The position numbers were made by a program, and so were the translations under genes. This document shows, in pieces, positions 1 to 9,737 of a DNA stretch of 64,000 nucleotides; positions within the stretch are counted from its first letter, which is position 1, and the number at the start of each line of letters is the position of its first letter. The stretch spans positions 44,009 through 108,008 of the forward strand of contig CASIAI010000003.1 of NCBI GenBank assembly GCA_949372655.1, read 5' to 3'. The DNA comes from Candidatus Poseidoniaceae archaeon (GTDB lineage: Archaea; Thermoplasmatota; Poseidoniia; Poseidoniales; Poseidoniaceae). The notes under the pieces were generated by a model that did no database searches, was not told where the DNA came from, and saw only the letters and a program-made list of their open reading frames with translations.

Positions 1-1974
1 ACTCACGCTTCAACAGGTTTCATTTTTACCTTCCCAGCAATTTTCCTTTTAGCATCCGATGCTAGATATGAACTGGCATCAGGACCATTGATTAGTTTAG
101 GTGATGGAGAAGCATTTAATCTTGCATTTATTGGAATAGTAGCGAGTATGTTTGCTGGATTTTTAGGTGTTATGTATTTCATTATCTTTAGACGGGTTTG
201 GTTGGTTGAAGATCCTCTTCCATTGCCAGGTTTTGAGGCGACATTGAAAATGTTAGATATCGCTTCAGATGTTAATACAGGTGCTGTTGAACATGCAAGA
301 GATTCGTTGAAGAAAATTGGACTTTGGACCGGTGTTACAATGATTGGTCTTTTCCTTGTTGAATATCCTTTGATTTGGCTTGGCGACAAGAAACTCTCAT
401 TGCTAGATTGGCTCGCTGAAACTTTACATGTTGGTGAAATCGGACTTGCATCATTCTACTCAAATGGAAAAATCCATCAGCCCTCTGGAATAAATAGTGA
501 TGGTGAATCATTAAATTACACGCAGTGGTCTACTGAAGATAGTTGGAATCCATTTGCTTATACTTATGTTGGAGTTGCTCTAACTCCGTCAATGTTCGCT
601 ATAGGTTGGTTTATGAAAACAAGAGTTGCTTTCCTCGTTAACTTAGGTACACTTGTCGGATGGTTCTTCCTCGTTCCACTAGTTGTTTGGTTTAATTTCC
701 CAATTTATGATGCAATAACTCAATCCAATAGACCAATACAGGACTATGCATTGAACGGTGGAGCAGCACTGCAAATGATAGCCTTTAGTAAGACTGTTAG
801 GACAATCGCTATCGGTTCAATTGTCGGTGGTGGAATGTTTGGTCTTGCAAAGATGTACAAGACTTTCTTGAATATATTTGGTGATATTGGTAGTGCGCTA
901 AAAGGTGAAGGAAGTCAAGAATACATGGAAGGAAAAGGTTGGTATGAGTGGCCTCTCAAACATATTCCAATATTTATGGTTGTTACTTTCTTTTCAATGA
1001 TTCTGATATTTACTCTCGGTGGTTTTTCAGTATTAGCATCACTAATATTTGCTACAGTATTAATCATGACTACATTCCTACTAGGAGCGATAGCTGTTAG
1101 GGTCATGGGAGAAACAGGTATTGAGCCTGTTTCAGGAACCTCATTCATAGTTCTATTAATGCTCTTGGGGGTATTTCTAAATGCTCAAGAACTACTTAAT
1201 TTGAATACTCAGGATGCCGTACTATTGGGTCTTGTAGGTACTACTGTGTTCGGTTCAGCAATATCGATGTCTGGAACCGTAATAGGTGATTATAAAAACA
1301 GCTTGTATATTGGAAATCGTCCTTACCATATTTCAAAAGGAAATATCATGGGCGTGGTGCCTGGGGCTATAATTGGTGCTGGAGTGGCAATCTTCTTATC
1401 GATTCAACTAGCAGATGGAACCATTCAGCTAATTGCTCCTCAAGCAAATGCATTCGCAACATTTTCTGTAATTTTCGCTGAAGGTCAAGGTGACCTAACA
1501 TTACTGGCACTCGGTTTCTTACTTGGTATGTTTGTAGAATGGGCTACAGGAATGGGAACCTCATTTGGACTTGGAATGTACTTGGATATCCCTCATACTC
1601 TTCCAATGCTAATTGGTGGCTATGCTAGAGATAAGTGGGAAGATACGAAACTTAAACCTCGTATCGAGAAGATAAAAGCCGAATCAGGAACCTCAGAGGC
1701 TGAAAAGCAGCGTGCTTTGATATTACTTGGTACTTTCATGGTTGCCGCAGGGCTTCTAACTGGAGAAGCATTCTTTGGTACTGAAAGTAGTATACTATCA
1801 TTTATTGACACTCTGATAAAAGACCCTACATCTACAACTTGGTACGTTGGTAGATTGTTCGGGTTTGTAATTCTCAATGTATCGATCGGATATGGTATTT
1901 ACTACTTGTTCAAGCGTGCAGGTATTGTCGGTGGCGGAAGTTCCAAAGCGATTTTAGAGGCTGAGAAAGCTTGA
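1..1974 (+). CDS. Polytopic membrane transporter, OPT (oligopeptide transporter)-family-like; 5' partial, because the reading frame is open to the window edge
   Basis: Listed ORF 88..1974. Frame 1 from position 1 has no stop before the first Met, so the gene probably extends upstream of the window. More than 14 predicted TM helices and about 630+ aa, a size and topology typical of the OPT superfamily. Family assignment is tentative. Confidence 0.35.
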   Translation, partial: THASTGFIFTFPAIFLLASDARYELASGPLISLGDGEAFNLAFIGIVASMFAGFLGVMYFIIFRRVWLVEDPLPLPGFEATLKMLDIASDVNTGAVEHARDSLKKIGLWTGVTMIGLFLVEYPLIWLGDKKLSLLDWLAETLHVGEIGLASFYSNGKIHQPSGINSDGESLNYTQWSTEDSWNPFAYTYVGVALTPSMFAIGWFMKTRVAFLVNLGTLVGWFFLVPLVVWFNFPIYDAITQSNRPIQDYALNGGAALQMIAFSKTVRTIAIGSIVGGGMFGLAKMYKTFLNIFGDIGSALKGEGSQEYMEGKGWYEWPLKHIPIFMVVTFFSMILIFTLGGFSVLASLIFATVLIMTTFLLGAIAVRVMGETGIEPVSGTSFIVLLMLLGVFLNAQELLNLNTQDAVLLGLVGTTVFGSAISMSGTVIGDYKNSLYIGNRPYHISKGNIMGVVPGAIIGAGVAIFLSIQLADGTIQLIAPQANAFATFSVIFAEGQGDLTLLALGFLLGMFVEWATGMGTSFGLGMYLDIPHTLPMLIGGYARDKWEDTKLKPRIEKIKAESGTSEAEKQRALILLGTFMVAAGLLTGEAFFGTESSILSFIDTLIKDPTSTTWYVGRLFGFVILNVSIGYGIYYLFKRAGIVGGGSSKAILEAEKA

Positions 1975-1984
1975 GAGTGAAAGT

Positions 1985-2971
1985 ATGGAATCTATCAAAA
2001 CCACGCCTAAGTGGGTGTGGATTTTACTAATAGGTGCAGTTTTTGGTGTTTCGAGTGCAGGGGCACTATTCCAACAAGTAGATGAAGTTCCTCCATTACT
2101 CAGAGCATCTTGGAGATTACAGTTGACAACACTGGTTCTAGCACCTTTTGCATTAATACAATGGCGAAATACCGATACTGAAGTAAAGAGCCAAATATTT
2201 CAAAGAAATACAATACTATGGCTCATAGGTGGTGGATTAGCACTCGCATTACACTTTGGTTCATGGGTAGCAAGTTTAGATAAAACATCATTGACACATT
2301 CTTTGCTATTTGTTACTGCTCATCCTTTGATAATTATTGTAGGGATGTTGATTATTGCTAGATTTATGGTAGGTCAAAGAAAACCTAGTAAGAAAGAGAT
2401 TATTGGTGCTTGTATCGGATTTTTGGGTGCAATAATTGCTCTTTTCGACCAAGGACATCAACAAGGAGACCATACTGTCACTCTTTGGGGTGACTTTCTT
2501 GCCTTTATGGGGGCCGTATTCGTAGTCGGATACCTTGTCAGTGGTCGAGTTTTACGTAAGTGGATGCCCATTTTTATCTATGCTTTTATCGTAACATTAA
2601 TTGGTGCAATAATTCTAATTCCAGCATCATGGGCAATGGAGTCTGAATTTAGTAAATATGGGGTCTTTGGTTGGACAGAAGGTGAGTTTTTCCTATGGTT
2701 CTTGGCACTGGCTTTGATTGCAGGGGTACTTGGCCATACAGGCCTTAATACATGTTTACGATATACATCTCCTCTTGTTATTTCTACCAGTGTGACGGTG
2801 GAACCTATACTTGGTTCGATAATCGGATTCGTAATTTTTGATGAAGGATTACCTGGTTTCTGGACTTGGATAGGTGGCCCAATTCTGGTTGTAGGGATTC
2901 TACTTGTAGTAATGGGGGCTCCACAGAGTAATACGAACAATGAAGCACTCGAAGCAGTCGCAGAAAGTTGA
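1985..2971 (+). CDS. EamA/DMT-superfamily permease (10-TM drug/metabolite transporter)
   Basis: 328 aa with two repeated 5-TM halves and hydrophobic composition typical of EamA. It starts 11 bp after the previous gene. Confidence 0.5.
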   Translation: MESIKTTPKWVWILLIGAVFGVSSAGALFQQVDEVPPLLRASWRLQLTTLVLAPFALIQWRNTDTEVKSQIFQRNTILWLIGGGLALALHFGSWVASLDKTSLTHSLLFVTAHPLIIIVGMLIIARFMVGQRKPSKKEIIGACIGFLGAIIALFDQGHQQGDHTVTLWGDFLAFMGAVFVVGYLVSGRVLRKWMPIFIYAFIVTLIGAIILIPASWAMESEFSKYGVFGWTEGEFFLWFLALALIAGVLGHTGLNTCLRYTSPLVISTSVTVEPILGSIIGFVIFDEGLPGFWTWIGGPILVVGILLVVMGAPQSNTNNEALEAVAES

Positions 2972-2980
2972 GGACTTACT

Positions 2981-3967
2981 ATGAGCGATGATTCAAATTT
3001 AGGTTGGTTACTACTTACTAACGATGACGGTATCGAAGCCATTGGAATCAAACTATTGGTTGAGTCGCTAAATAAGAGAGGGCATAAGGTGGTTGTTTTT
3101 GCACCGAGTACTAATCATTCAGCGACAGGTATGAGAATCAACCTTATGACCCCATTAACTTGGAGATTTAGAGATAACCTTAGACAAAGTTGGGATATTA
3201 CTAATCAAGATAACTTGCATCTAATCGAATTAGATGGATCGCCATGTGATACAATGATAGTTTCTTTAGACAAGGGTTTAGACCATATTCTTCCAGGTAT
3301 TGTTCCAAGGTTAGTAGTCTCTGGTGTTAATATTGGACCAAATATGTCACAGGACTCTTACCACAGCGGAACGATGGGTGCAGCAAGAGAAGCAGGTTTG
3401 TACGGAATGCCAGCAATCGCTTCTTCACTGACTTCCTTTGATGAAGAAGGGATGGAAAAGGCAGTTGAAGCAACAGTTGATGTCATCGAACAGGCTTTGA
3501 ATGTTTTACCGATGGTTCCAGAGAACCTTCGCAGACCAAGCGTGGACATTTCGGCACCCCATGTAAGTCGTTGGCCGAATATCGATTCTAGTCCTGCATG
3601 GGGAAGTAATCCTGAAGAAGCACTTCGTAATGCATTTAGGCATGGTGAACTGATGCTGAACCTCAACACACCTCCTACATGGAACGGTGAATATCAAATT
3701 ACACGTTTGGGTATGAGGTGGTATCGAGATGCAATATCTTTTGGCTCAACACAAAATGATGAGAAGACTGCGACTTTCACTATAGGCGCAGCAAGTATTG
3801 ACCACACGCCAGTCGATAGGAGTGATTGTGATGCGGTGATGGAGAATAAGTCGAGTATTTCTTGCCTTCCTACATGGCCCCAAACTCATCCACTTGCTTT
3901 GGATGATAGATTACTCACATGGAGTCTAGAATCATGTGAAGGTAAGTATCCTGTATGGCTACAATGA
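2981..3967 (+). CDS. surE: SurE-family 5'/3'-nucleotidase with a roughly 60 aa C-terminal extension
   Basis: N-terminal LLLTNDDGIEAIGIKLLVESL matches the SurE DDG metal-binding signature. GVNIGPNMSQDSYHSGTMGAAREA matches the SurE core. Confidence 0.6.
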   Translation: MSDDSNLGWLLLTNDDGIEAIGIKLLVESLNKRGHKVVVFAPSTNHSATGMRINLMTPLTWRFRDNLRQSWDITNQDNLHLIELDGSPCDTMIVSLDKGLDHILPGIVPRLVVSGVNIGPNMSQDSYHSGTMGAAREAGLYGMPAIASSLTSFDEEGMEKAVEATVDVIEQALNVLPMVPENLRRPSVDISAPHVSRWPNIDSSPAWGSNPEEALRNAFRHGELMLNLNTPPTWNGEYQITRLGMRWYRDAISFGSTQNDEKTATFTIGAASIDHTPVDRSDCDAVMENKSSISCLPTWPQTHPLALDDRLLTWSLESCEGKYPVWLQ

Positions 3968-4621
3968 TTACAAGTTTAAGGAAACACCTTCATCCAATAG
4001 GAAATGACATATCCCTATTGCCATATGACCTTGCAGCCAAACATCACCAAGAGACCTCAATATGACTTTACTTGGCAGTTCAACTTCCAATGGCTTATCA
4101 TCACTAAGAATGAAACCAACATCGATTCCTTCAACTACTAATTCACCTTCAACTTCACTACTTGTCGACAGAGAATTACTTTGCAATGGAATAATAGAAT
4201 TATCCAACCAAAGCCTTTCACCATTAGCATCAAGAGCAATTATTGTAGATTCAGACCAATCTTCAATCGTATCTAGAATATCTCCTCGACTATCCCAAAT
4301 TCCTTTTGAGCGTTCAATCCATCGACCTTTAGGAGGCGAGGTTTCTCGAAGAACTTTAGCAATCTGTCCAGCTACAGACCTCTCTTCAGCATGAATACCT
4401 TTGACCGCTCCTCCATCAATCCTAATTCTTCTATTGGGGCCAGGGCCACCCTGTAAGTGTAGCATGACTTCAGTATCATTCCTAAATCCATGACTGGTCA
4501 TCAAAGATGCCATCAATGCTCTAACTAGAACATCCATACGACCTGCTCCTCCTGCCATGTCATTTAGTGGTAATTTCCCTTGAGACATGGCTCGATGACC
4601 AATTATTGCGAATCTACGCAT
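3968..4621 (-). CDS. trmY: SPOUT methyltransferase, TrmY-like (tRNA pseudouridine54 N1-methyltransferase family, DUF358)
   Basis: MRRFAIIGHRA...LPLNDMAGGAGRMDVLVRAL resembles the TrmY N-terminus (FIVIGHKA ... GRLDLLCR). Length of about 217 aa is typical. Confidence 0.5.
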   Translation of the reverse strand: MRRFAIIGHRAMSQGKLPLNDMAGGAGRMDVLVRALMASLMTSHGFRNDTEVMLHLQGGPGPNRRIRIDGGAVKGIHAEERSVAGQIAKVLRETSPPKGRWIERSKGIWDSRGDILDTIEDWSESTIIALDANGERLWLDNSIIPLQSNSLSTSSEVEGELVVEGIDVGFILSDDKPLEVELPSKVILRSLGDVWLQGHMAIGICHFLLDEGVSLNL

Positions 4622-4630
4622 AATATTCCC

Positions 4631-5827
4631 TCAAACTCCTCTTTCGACAAATGTTCTTATCGCTTCACACATATCTTTTTGATTATTGAGCATGAAATGA
4701 CTACCTTGCTTATCCACTAAGTATCCTCGTGGCTTGTCCTTTTCACCTAAGTCTTCCAATCGATTTGCTATAACAGCAGTCATACCTGCTTTTTCGATTT
4801 GAGCGATAGCCCGGAAAATCAAGTCTTTTTGCTTGATTCCAGATTCTAGTTTGAAACCGATTCTAACCGAATTTTTACAAATTTCTTTAAGTTCTTGAAT
4901 ATGCTTTTCACTTTCTATCAGTTCAACATTGAGTGATCCTTGTTGACTTGCTAACTTTCCTTGTGCTGGATTACCTACTACGTAGTCAAGTACAGCCGCT
5001 GTATGTATCCATGCATCAATATCATCCTTGGAAATAGCCTTGAGTTCGTCTAACATCTCACTAGGCTCAGGGGCTTTAATCACAAGTGGTAACCAAGATG
5101 GTTGACTAATAGAAGTAACACCAGAAACACAGGTTATGTCATGTCCATTTCGATATAAGTCATCTGCTATCGAGTAACCCGTTGCCCCACTACTTGTGTT
5201 TTGGATAAATCTAATATCATCGATTGCTGAACGTGTAGCTCCTAATGTTACTACCACATCTTTACGGTTGGGTTTCAATCGATTAATTTGGTGTGCGAAT
5301 CGAGCAACTATTTCTTCATGAGGGGGTGTCTTTCTCTTACCTTCTTCCTCTTTACCCCAGTGTACTGAAATCTCATTTTTACGAACTTGCTCAACCAATT
5401 CATCCGTCACTGGGTCATTAGCCAAGTCTGAATGCATACTCGGTATCATTAGTACTGGACATTTCCTAGTTCTAGCAGCACTAAGTGCCATCAATATCGG
5501 TCCATGTTGCAGTCCATGAAGATAGCTTGCCATTAGGTCTCTAGTAGCGGGAGCAATTAGAATTCCATCTATATCATCAAGGGCTGTTAAGTCACTATTC
5601 CAATCTGTGATTACTTTGGTTTGTGTAGCCCATTCTACTGCTAATGGTGTGATTATTTTTTGAGCAGAATGTGTCATCATTACCTTCAAATCAGCACCAT
5701 GCCTTCTTAATTCTCTGGCTAAACGAACAGTATCTACTGCAGCAATACCTCCACTGACGCCTAAAAGAATACGCTTGCCAGCAAGACTGGAGCCGCGAAT
5801 TTCGACGTCGGTATCACGCATCGCCAT
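4631..5827 (-). CDS. coaBC: Bifunctional phosphopantothenoylcysteine decarboxylase / phosphopantothenate-cysteine ligase (CoaBC/Dfp)
   Basis: The N-terminal flavoprotein motif KRILLGVSGGIAAV...MTHSAQKIITP is followed by a CoaB-like C-terminal half. The ORF is open from 5899, but the probable start is an internal Met (MAMRDTD) near 5827. Confidence 0.7.
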   Translation of the reverse strand: MAMRDTDVEIRGSSLAGKRILLGVSGGIAAVDTVRLARELRRHGADLKVMMTHSAQKIITPLAVEWATQTKVITDWNSDLTALDDIDGILIAPATRDLMASYLHGLQHGPILMALSAARTRKCPVLMIPSMHSDLANDPVTDELVEQVRKNEISVHWGKEEEGKRKTPPHEEIVARFAHQINRLKPNRKDVVVTLGATRSAIDDIRFIQNTSSGATGYSIADDLYRNGHDITCVSGVTSISQPSWLPLVIKAPEPSEMLDELKAISKDDIDAWIHTAAVLDYVVGNPAQGKLASQQGSLNVELIESEKHIQELKEICKNSVRIGFKLESGIKQKDLIFRAIAQIEKAGMTAVIANRLEDLGEKDKPRGYLVDKQGSHFMLNNQKDMCEAIRTFVERGV

Positions 5828-5931
5828 AGACAATGGTGTAGTTCTTTCATTTTGACACCTTCGCCCATAAAACTCTATTAGAAATACGATACAAGGCAAT
5901 CATTCAAAGTAAAGCACCTAATGCGATAGTT

Positions 5932-6570
5932 GTGCAGCCTGATAGAGGAAGTGATTTGGTCGTAGCGGGAATGAACCCTGCAAAGTCTATTGGGGCTTCG
6001 AGCGCATTCTCTAGAATTCATAGAGGGACTACATTCATAGTTTTCATCGATGGACTGATCGTTCTTTGGATTGGCTTTGCTTTTGCCAGTAATCTACTTC
6101 CTGAGAACCTTCAAGGAATAATTATCGGTCTCTTGGCTATTGCTAATTTGATGGTTTGGAATGGATACAAAAATAGAGCAAGGTGGGCATATTGGCCTGC
6201 TGCAGGTATAATCGGATTAGCATGTCTTTTCTTTGCCCTTAATGTATTGATTTCCATTATTGATATAATGAATGGTAATGTTTCAAGTCTTTTACTGACA
6301 TTTTTGATTGGTTGGGCTACATTTGGCTCAGCACGTAGAGTTATGTTTCATTTCAATCAAAGTTATTCCAGCGGATACTTTTCAACCAGTAGTGATGGTT
6401 CAAACTTTGACCTAGGTCAAGGTGAGATGTTGGCGGCGTGCCCTACTTGTTTAGCAGTCCTAGCAATAATACCGAACATGTTGAATGCTAGTGATAGGTG
6501 TCCACATTGTCAATCTCCACTAATCGACCCGGAACTAGCCAAAAAATATGGCATGGACTCAGAAGAGTGA
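5932..6570 (+). CDS. Membrane protein (4 TM) with a C-terminal C4 zinc ribbon; function unknown
   Basis: Hydrophobic segments plus C-terminal CPTC...CPHC. Confidence 0.35.
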   Translation: MQPDRGSDLVVAGMNPAKSIGASSAFSRIHRGTTFIVFIDGLIVLWIGFAFASNLLPENLQGIIIGLLAIANLMVWNGYKNRARWAYWPAAGIIGLACLFFALNVLISIIDIMNGNVSSLLLTFLIGWATFGSARRVMFHFNQSYSSGYFSTSSDGSNFDLGQGEMLAACPTCLAVLAIIPNMLNASDRCPHCQSPLIDPELAKKYGMDSEE

Positions 6571-6618
6571 AATTAGATATCAAAGACCTTGGTCTATTGA
6601 TTGAAACTTCTAAAGTAA

Positions 6619-7656
6619 TCAGCGAGATGCTAGAGTTAGGTTCTTCCACATTTCTTCTGGAACTTCCATAGCAAGTCTTAGACCACCCATAGCACCAAGT
6701 CTAACAGGGTCATCTACTACATGCACACTAACGTTACCTAAGTCACTAAGTCTACGTTCAATCATTGCACCTAAGCCTTTGATTCCTGAACCGCCACCAG
6801 CTAGAATCATGTTTCTTCTAAATTGGTCATGGTATTCAGGGTTAGAACCTGCAATCAGTAGTTTAACATTTTCAACAATTGGGTCTACTATGTCTTCACA
6901 TGCTTTTTGCATACAATCAGTAATATCAAGAGTCATTGCTTTACCTTCAATCGAGAAGTCAACCATTATTGGTTCATCAGGTGTTGAAGTTCCAACAAAG
7001 GAATTATTCTCTTTCCATCTTCTTGCCATGTCCTTGGTAATTTGAGCACCACTATACTTTGATTGGATCTCTTCGATAAGTTTTCTATCGATATAGTCTC
7101 CAGCATATTCGGTGTGCATTTGGTCATCAGGAGTTGGTATTGTTCCGTATACTCTGCACAAGTCAGTAGTTCCAGCACCGATATCGATAACCAGTGTATG
7201 TTCAATCATGTCAAGTGCGTAAGCAACTGCGAAAGGCTCAGATATAATCATTGCAGCATTAACAGTTCCAGCAGCAGCATCAAAGATAGCGGTCTTATCG
7301 ACATAACTTGCTTCAGCAGGAGCACCAATAACAGCGACTACACGGTCATATTCTTCTGGGTCGGAGAGATTGATAAGGTGAGTGATGAAGTGAGCAATGA
7401 AGTCTCGGTCTTCTGGAGTATCTTTAATCACACCATGTTCAAGAGGTCTAAACAGATTAAGTGCTAGTCTATTTTTCAATGCTTCTTCACCAAATAGTAC
7501 ATCTCTCTTAAGGAAATTCTTTGCAATCAAATCCTTAGGAGTTCCAATTACAGTAAGTTCTTCTTCTTCGTGACTATCCGAGGAAACCATAACTGAACGA
7601 AATGTTCCTAAATCAATTCCAATGTATAATACTTGTTCGCCCATTACTCTCGCCAA
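6619..7656 (-). CDS. Actin-fold ATPase, MreB/archaeal actin-like
   Basis: IGIDLGT (phosphate-1), VIDIGAGTTD (phosphate-2), ILAGGGSGIKGL (adenosine motif) and EPFAVAYA (connect). 345 aa. Confidence 0.6.
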   Translation of the reverse strand: MARVMGEQVLYIGIDLGTFRSVMVSSDSHEEEELTVIGTPKDLIAKNFLKRDVLFGEEALKNRLALNLFRPLEHGVIKDTPEDRDFIAHFITHLINLSDPEEYDRVVAVIGAPAEASYVDKTAIFDAAAGTVNAAMIISEPFAVAYALDMIEHTLVIDIGAGTTDLCRVYGTIPTPDDQMHTEYAGDYIDRKLIEEIQSKYSGAQITKDMARRWKENNSFVGTSTPDEPIMVDFSIEGKAMTLDITDCMQKACEDIVDPIVENVKLLIAGSNPEYHDQFRRNMILAGGGSGIKGLGAMIERRLSDLGNVSVHVVDDPVRLGAMGGLRLAMEVPEEMWKNLTLASR

Positions 7657-7792
7657 TTTAAGCCATCCCGACTTACCTTATGAAGAATACCTCTATTTAG
7701 TTTCGAAATATTATGGCGGAAATCCACCTAGATGTCTCAGTAATGATTCTATAGAATAAGTTGTCAAATGGCTTTTTATTTATCAATTAGGC

Positions 7793-8809
7793 TTAACACC
7801 ATTCTTCGCATTGCTGGCAGTACCAAGTTCCGTATTCGACATATAATTCAGCCATTGCTCCGCAAGTAGTACATTCTTTGAGCGTGTTTTCTCCACACAT
7901 TTCAATAACCATTTGAATATGGTAAGAGTCATCAATTCCAATTTGCTGTCTTACAGACCATAATAGTTGGTCTTCACTCGGAGATATGATTCCGTCTTCT
8001 AGAACCAGTTCGACCATTCTTTTGTAATCTTCAAAGTCAGAAGAACTTCTAGCATCTAGAATAACACCATTCTTTTCAGCAATAATATCAGTTCCTCCAG
8101 GGTCATCAACAAATAAAACTAATGATTCTGGTTTAAGTTCATCAGAACGTAATTCAAAGGATACACGATTACCTTCAACATTAGCGAATACTAAATTAGA
8201 TTTAGAATTAATAATATTAGCAATTGAGCGTGCAGTTTCCTCAGAATTATTTCCACGTCGCCAGCCAAAGCCATCATTGACTTCATAGCAATAGAATTCT
8301 GTTCCCATTCCAGGGTATTCAAGCCTTATCTCTTCACCACCATCAAAACCATTTGATACGACGGTAATAGCTCCAACTTCTGTGGAAACAATATTATCCT
8401 CATCATCAAAGTTTATCATTAGAGGCTTTCTTTCCTCACTTGCAGAATTGAAGTGACCTTGCATACCACTCATCCATTTATCCTCAAGGCGAGTAAGAGA
8501 TTCTTCTTGTTCTTCGGAAAGATCTTTTTTGACTCCAAGAACATTAGCAAGACTTCCACTTTCGACATCTTTCTTGAATTGTTCAATTAACTCAGCATCT
8601 CTATGGTATGTGGGGATATCTACTTCTTCTTTCTCTTCGACATAATCAGGGTCAGCCCATTCATGTGAACACTTCAAGCATCGAAGATAGCCTGCCATGG
8701 TTGAAGAATCAGATTCTCCACCACATCTTGGACAGTCACCTTCTTCGCTATATCCTAGGTTTTCGACTGCTTCGCGTCGACCCTTGCGCATACCACCGAA
8801 TCCGGCCAT
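7793..8809 (-). CDS. Hypothetical protein with zinc ribbons at both termini flanking an acidic central domain of unknown fold
   Basis: N-terminal CPRCGG...CLKCSHEW and C-terminal CTTCGA...CQQCEEWC. It lies upstream of, and on the same strand as, the actin-like gene with a 136-bp spacer. Confidence 0.5.
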   Translation of the reverse strand: MAGFGGMRKGRREAVENLGYSEEGDCPRCGGESDSSTMAGYLRCLKCSHEWADPDYVEEKEEVDIPTYHRDAELIEQFKKDVESGSLANVLGVKKDLSEEQEESLTRLEDKWMSGMQGHFNSASEERKPLMINFDDEDNIVSTEVGAITVVSNGFDGGEEIRLEYPGMGTEFYCYEVNDGFGWRRGNNSEETARSIANIINSKSNLVFANVEGNRVSFELRSDELKPESLVLFVDDPGGTDIIAEKNGVILDARSSSDFEDYKRMVELVLEDGIISPSEDQLLWSVRQQIGIDDSYHIQMVIEMCGENTLKECTTCGAMAELYVEYGTWYCQQCEEWC

Positions 8810-8861
8810 AAACCTCTATGAGGTAGTCGAATTATCAATGCTTTGGAATCAAAACTTTGTT

Positions 8862-9737
8862 TTAGTTAAGGATTCTAACCTTTGTTCCGTATCTCATCTC
8901 GCCTTCTTGAGAGTATATTCTTCTAATAACTATTTCACCGCTTAGACCGATCGCAGGAGTGCTTTTTTCATCATCTGTCAAAAGGAAAACACCTCGAGTA
9001 CCTTCGCTAAAAAGCACATATGCAGTAGAAATACCATCTAATATTGGTGCTCGAATAGAAAATTCAGAAGGAGCACCTGCGGCAGAAAGTTTTGTCCAAG
9101 ATTCAATGAGACATGTTTTTTTGAGTTTTATTTCTGGTTCGTCAATTATACTTCCATCATTATTCAATTGCCTTGGAGGCCAAATCGCTTTATCTTCGAA
9201 TTGTGCCATAAGATTCAGTCTTGAATTTAGACTTTCATTATACTGTTGAGAGGATATGTAAGCTCCTTGAGATACATTGACTAAGGCGGTTTCAGTTTCC
9301 CATGCAAGATTTATCTGTTCATATTTATCAGAATCAATTTCGGTTAGGTCTCTTGGTTTCGAAATAGTTACTTCAGATTTCTTACTTATCGATAATGATG
9401 CAAATTCATGACAGAATAATTTCCATTCGCCGTCCTCTGAAATTTCTTCAATACCTGTTGCGACCTTGAGGACTTGTAGGTCAATATCAGAGCCATTAGA
9501 AGATAATGTATCAATTAAAACTTTATTTGACTTCATCAGGTCTATAAGAGATAATGCCAATGTTGTATAATCACTATCAGGGCCAAATACTGGAACTCCT
9601 TTAACTTGCCATGGAGAGCAAATATGAAATAATTCACCGTCAAATGATACTTTGTACCCTTGCCAGTCAGAGTATTCAAGCATTTCTTTCTCTCCCAAAA
9701 ATATGTACAGCGCAAGTTGCTCCGGAGCCACCAACAT
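8862..9737 (-). CDS. Hypothetical protein, co-transcribed downstream of thiolase
   Basis: ORF only. No motif recognised. The 5' end overlaps the thiolase 3' end by 62 bp, or 11 bp if the internal Met at 9686 is used. Confidence 0.35.
   Translation of the reverse strand: MLVAPEQLALYIFLGEKEMLEYSDWQGYKVSFDGELFHICSPWQVKGVPVFGPDSDYTTLALSLIDLMKSNKVLIDTLSSNGSDIDLQVLKVATGIEEISEDGEWKLFCHEFASLSISKKSEVTISKPRDLTEIDSDKYEQINLAWETETALVNVSQGAYISSQQYNESLNSRLNLMAQFEDKAIWPPRQLNNDGSIIDEPEIKLKKTCLIESWTKLSAAGAPSEFSIRAPILDGISTAYVLFSEGTRGVFLLTDDEKSTPAIGLSGEIVIRRIYSQEGEMRYGTKVRILN

Noticed and set aside
3-389. 128-aa minus-strand ORF overlapping the 5' end of the transporter gene
   Set aside because: Entirely antisense to a much longer, hydrophobic and well-supported ORF. 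It has no recognisable motifs. Typical shadow ORF.
8862-9737. Considered calling the 291-aa ORF downstream of thiolase a DUF35 or HMG-CoA synthase
   Set aside because: It has no Cys4 ribbon and no HMGCS active-site Cys/His context. It is kept as hypothetical.
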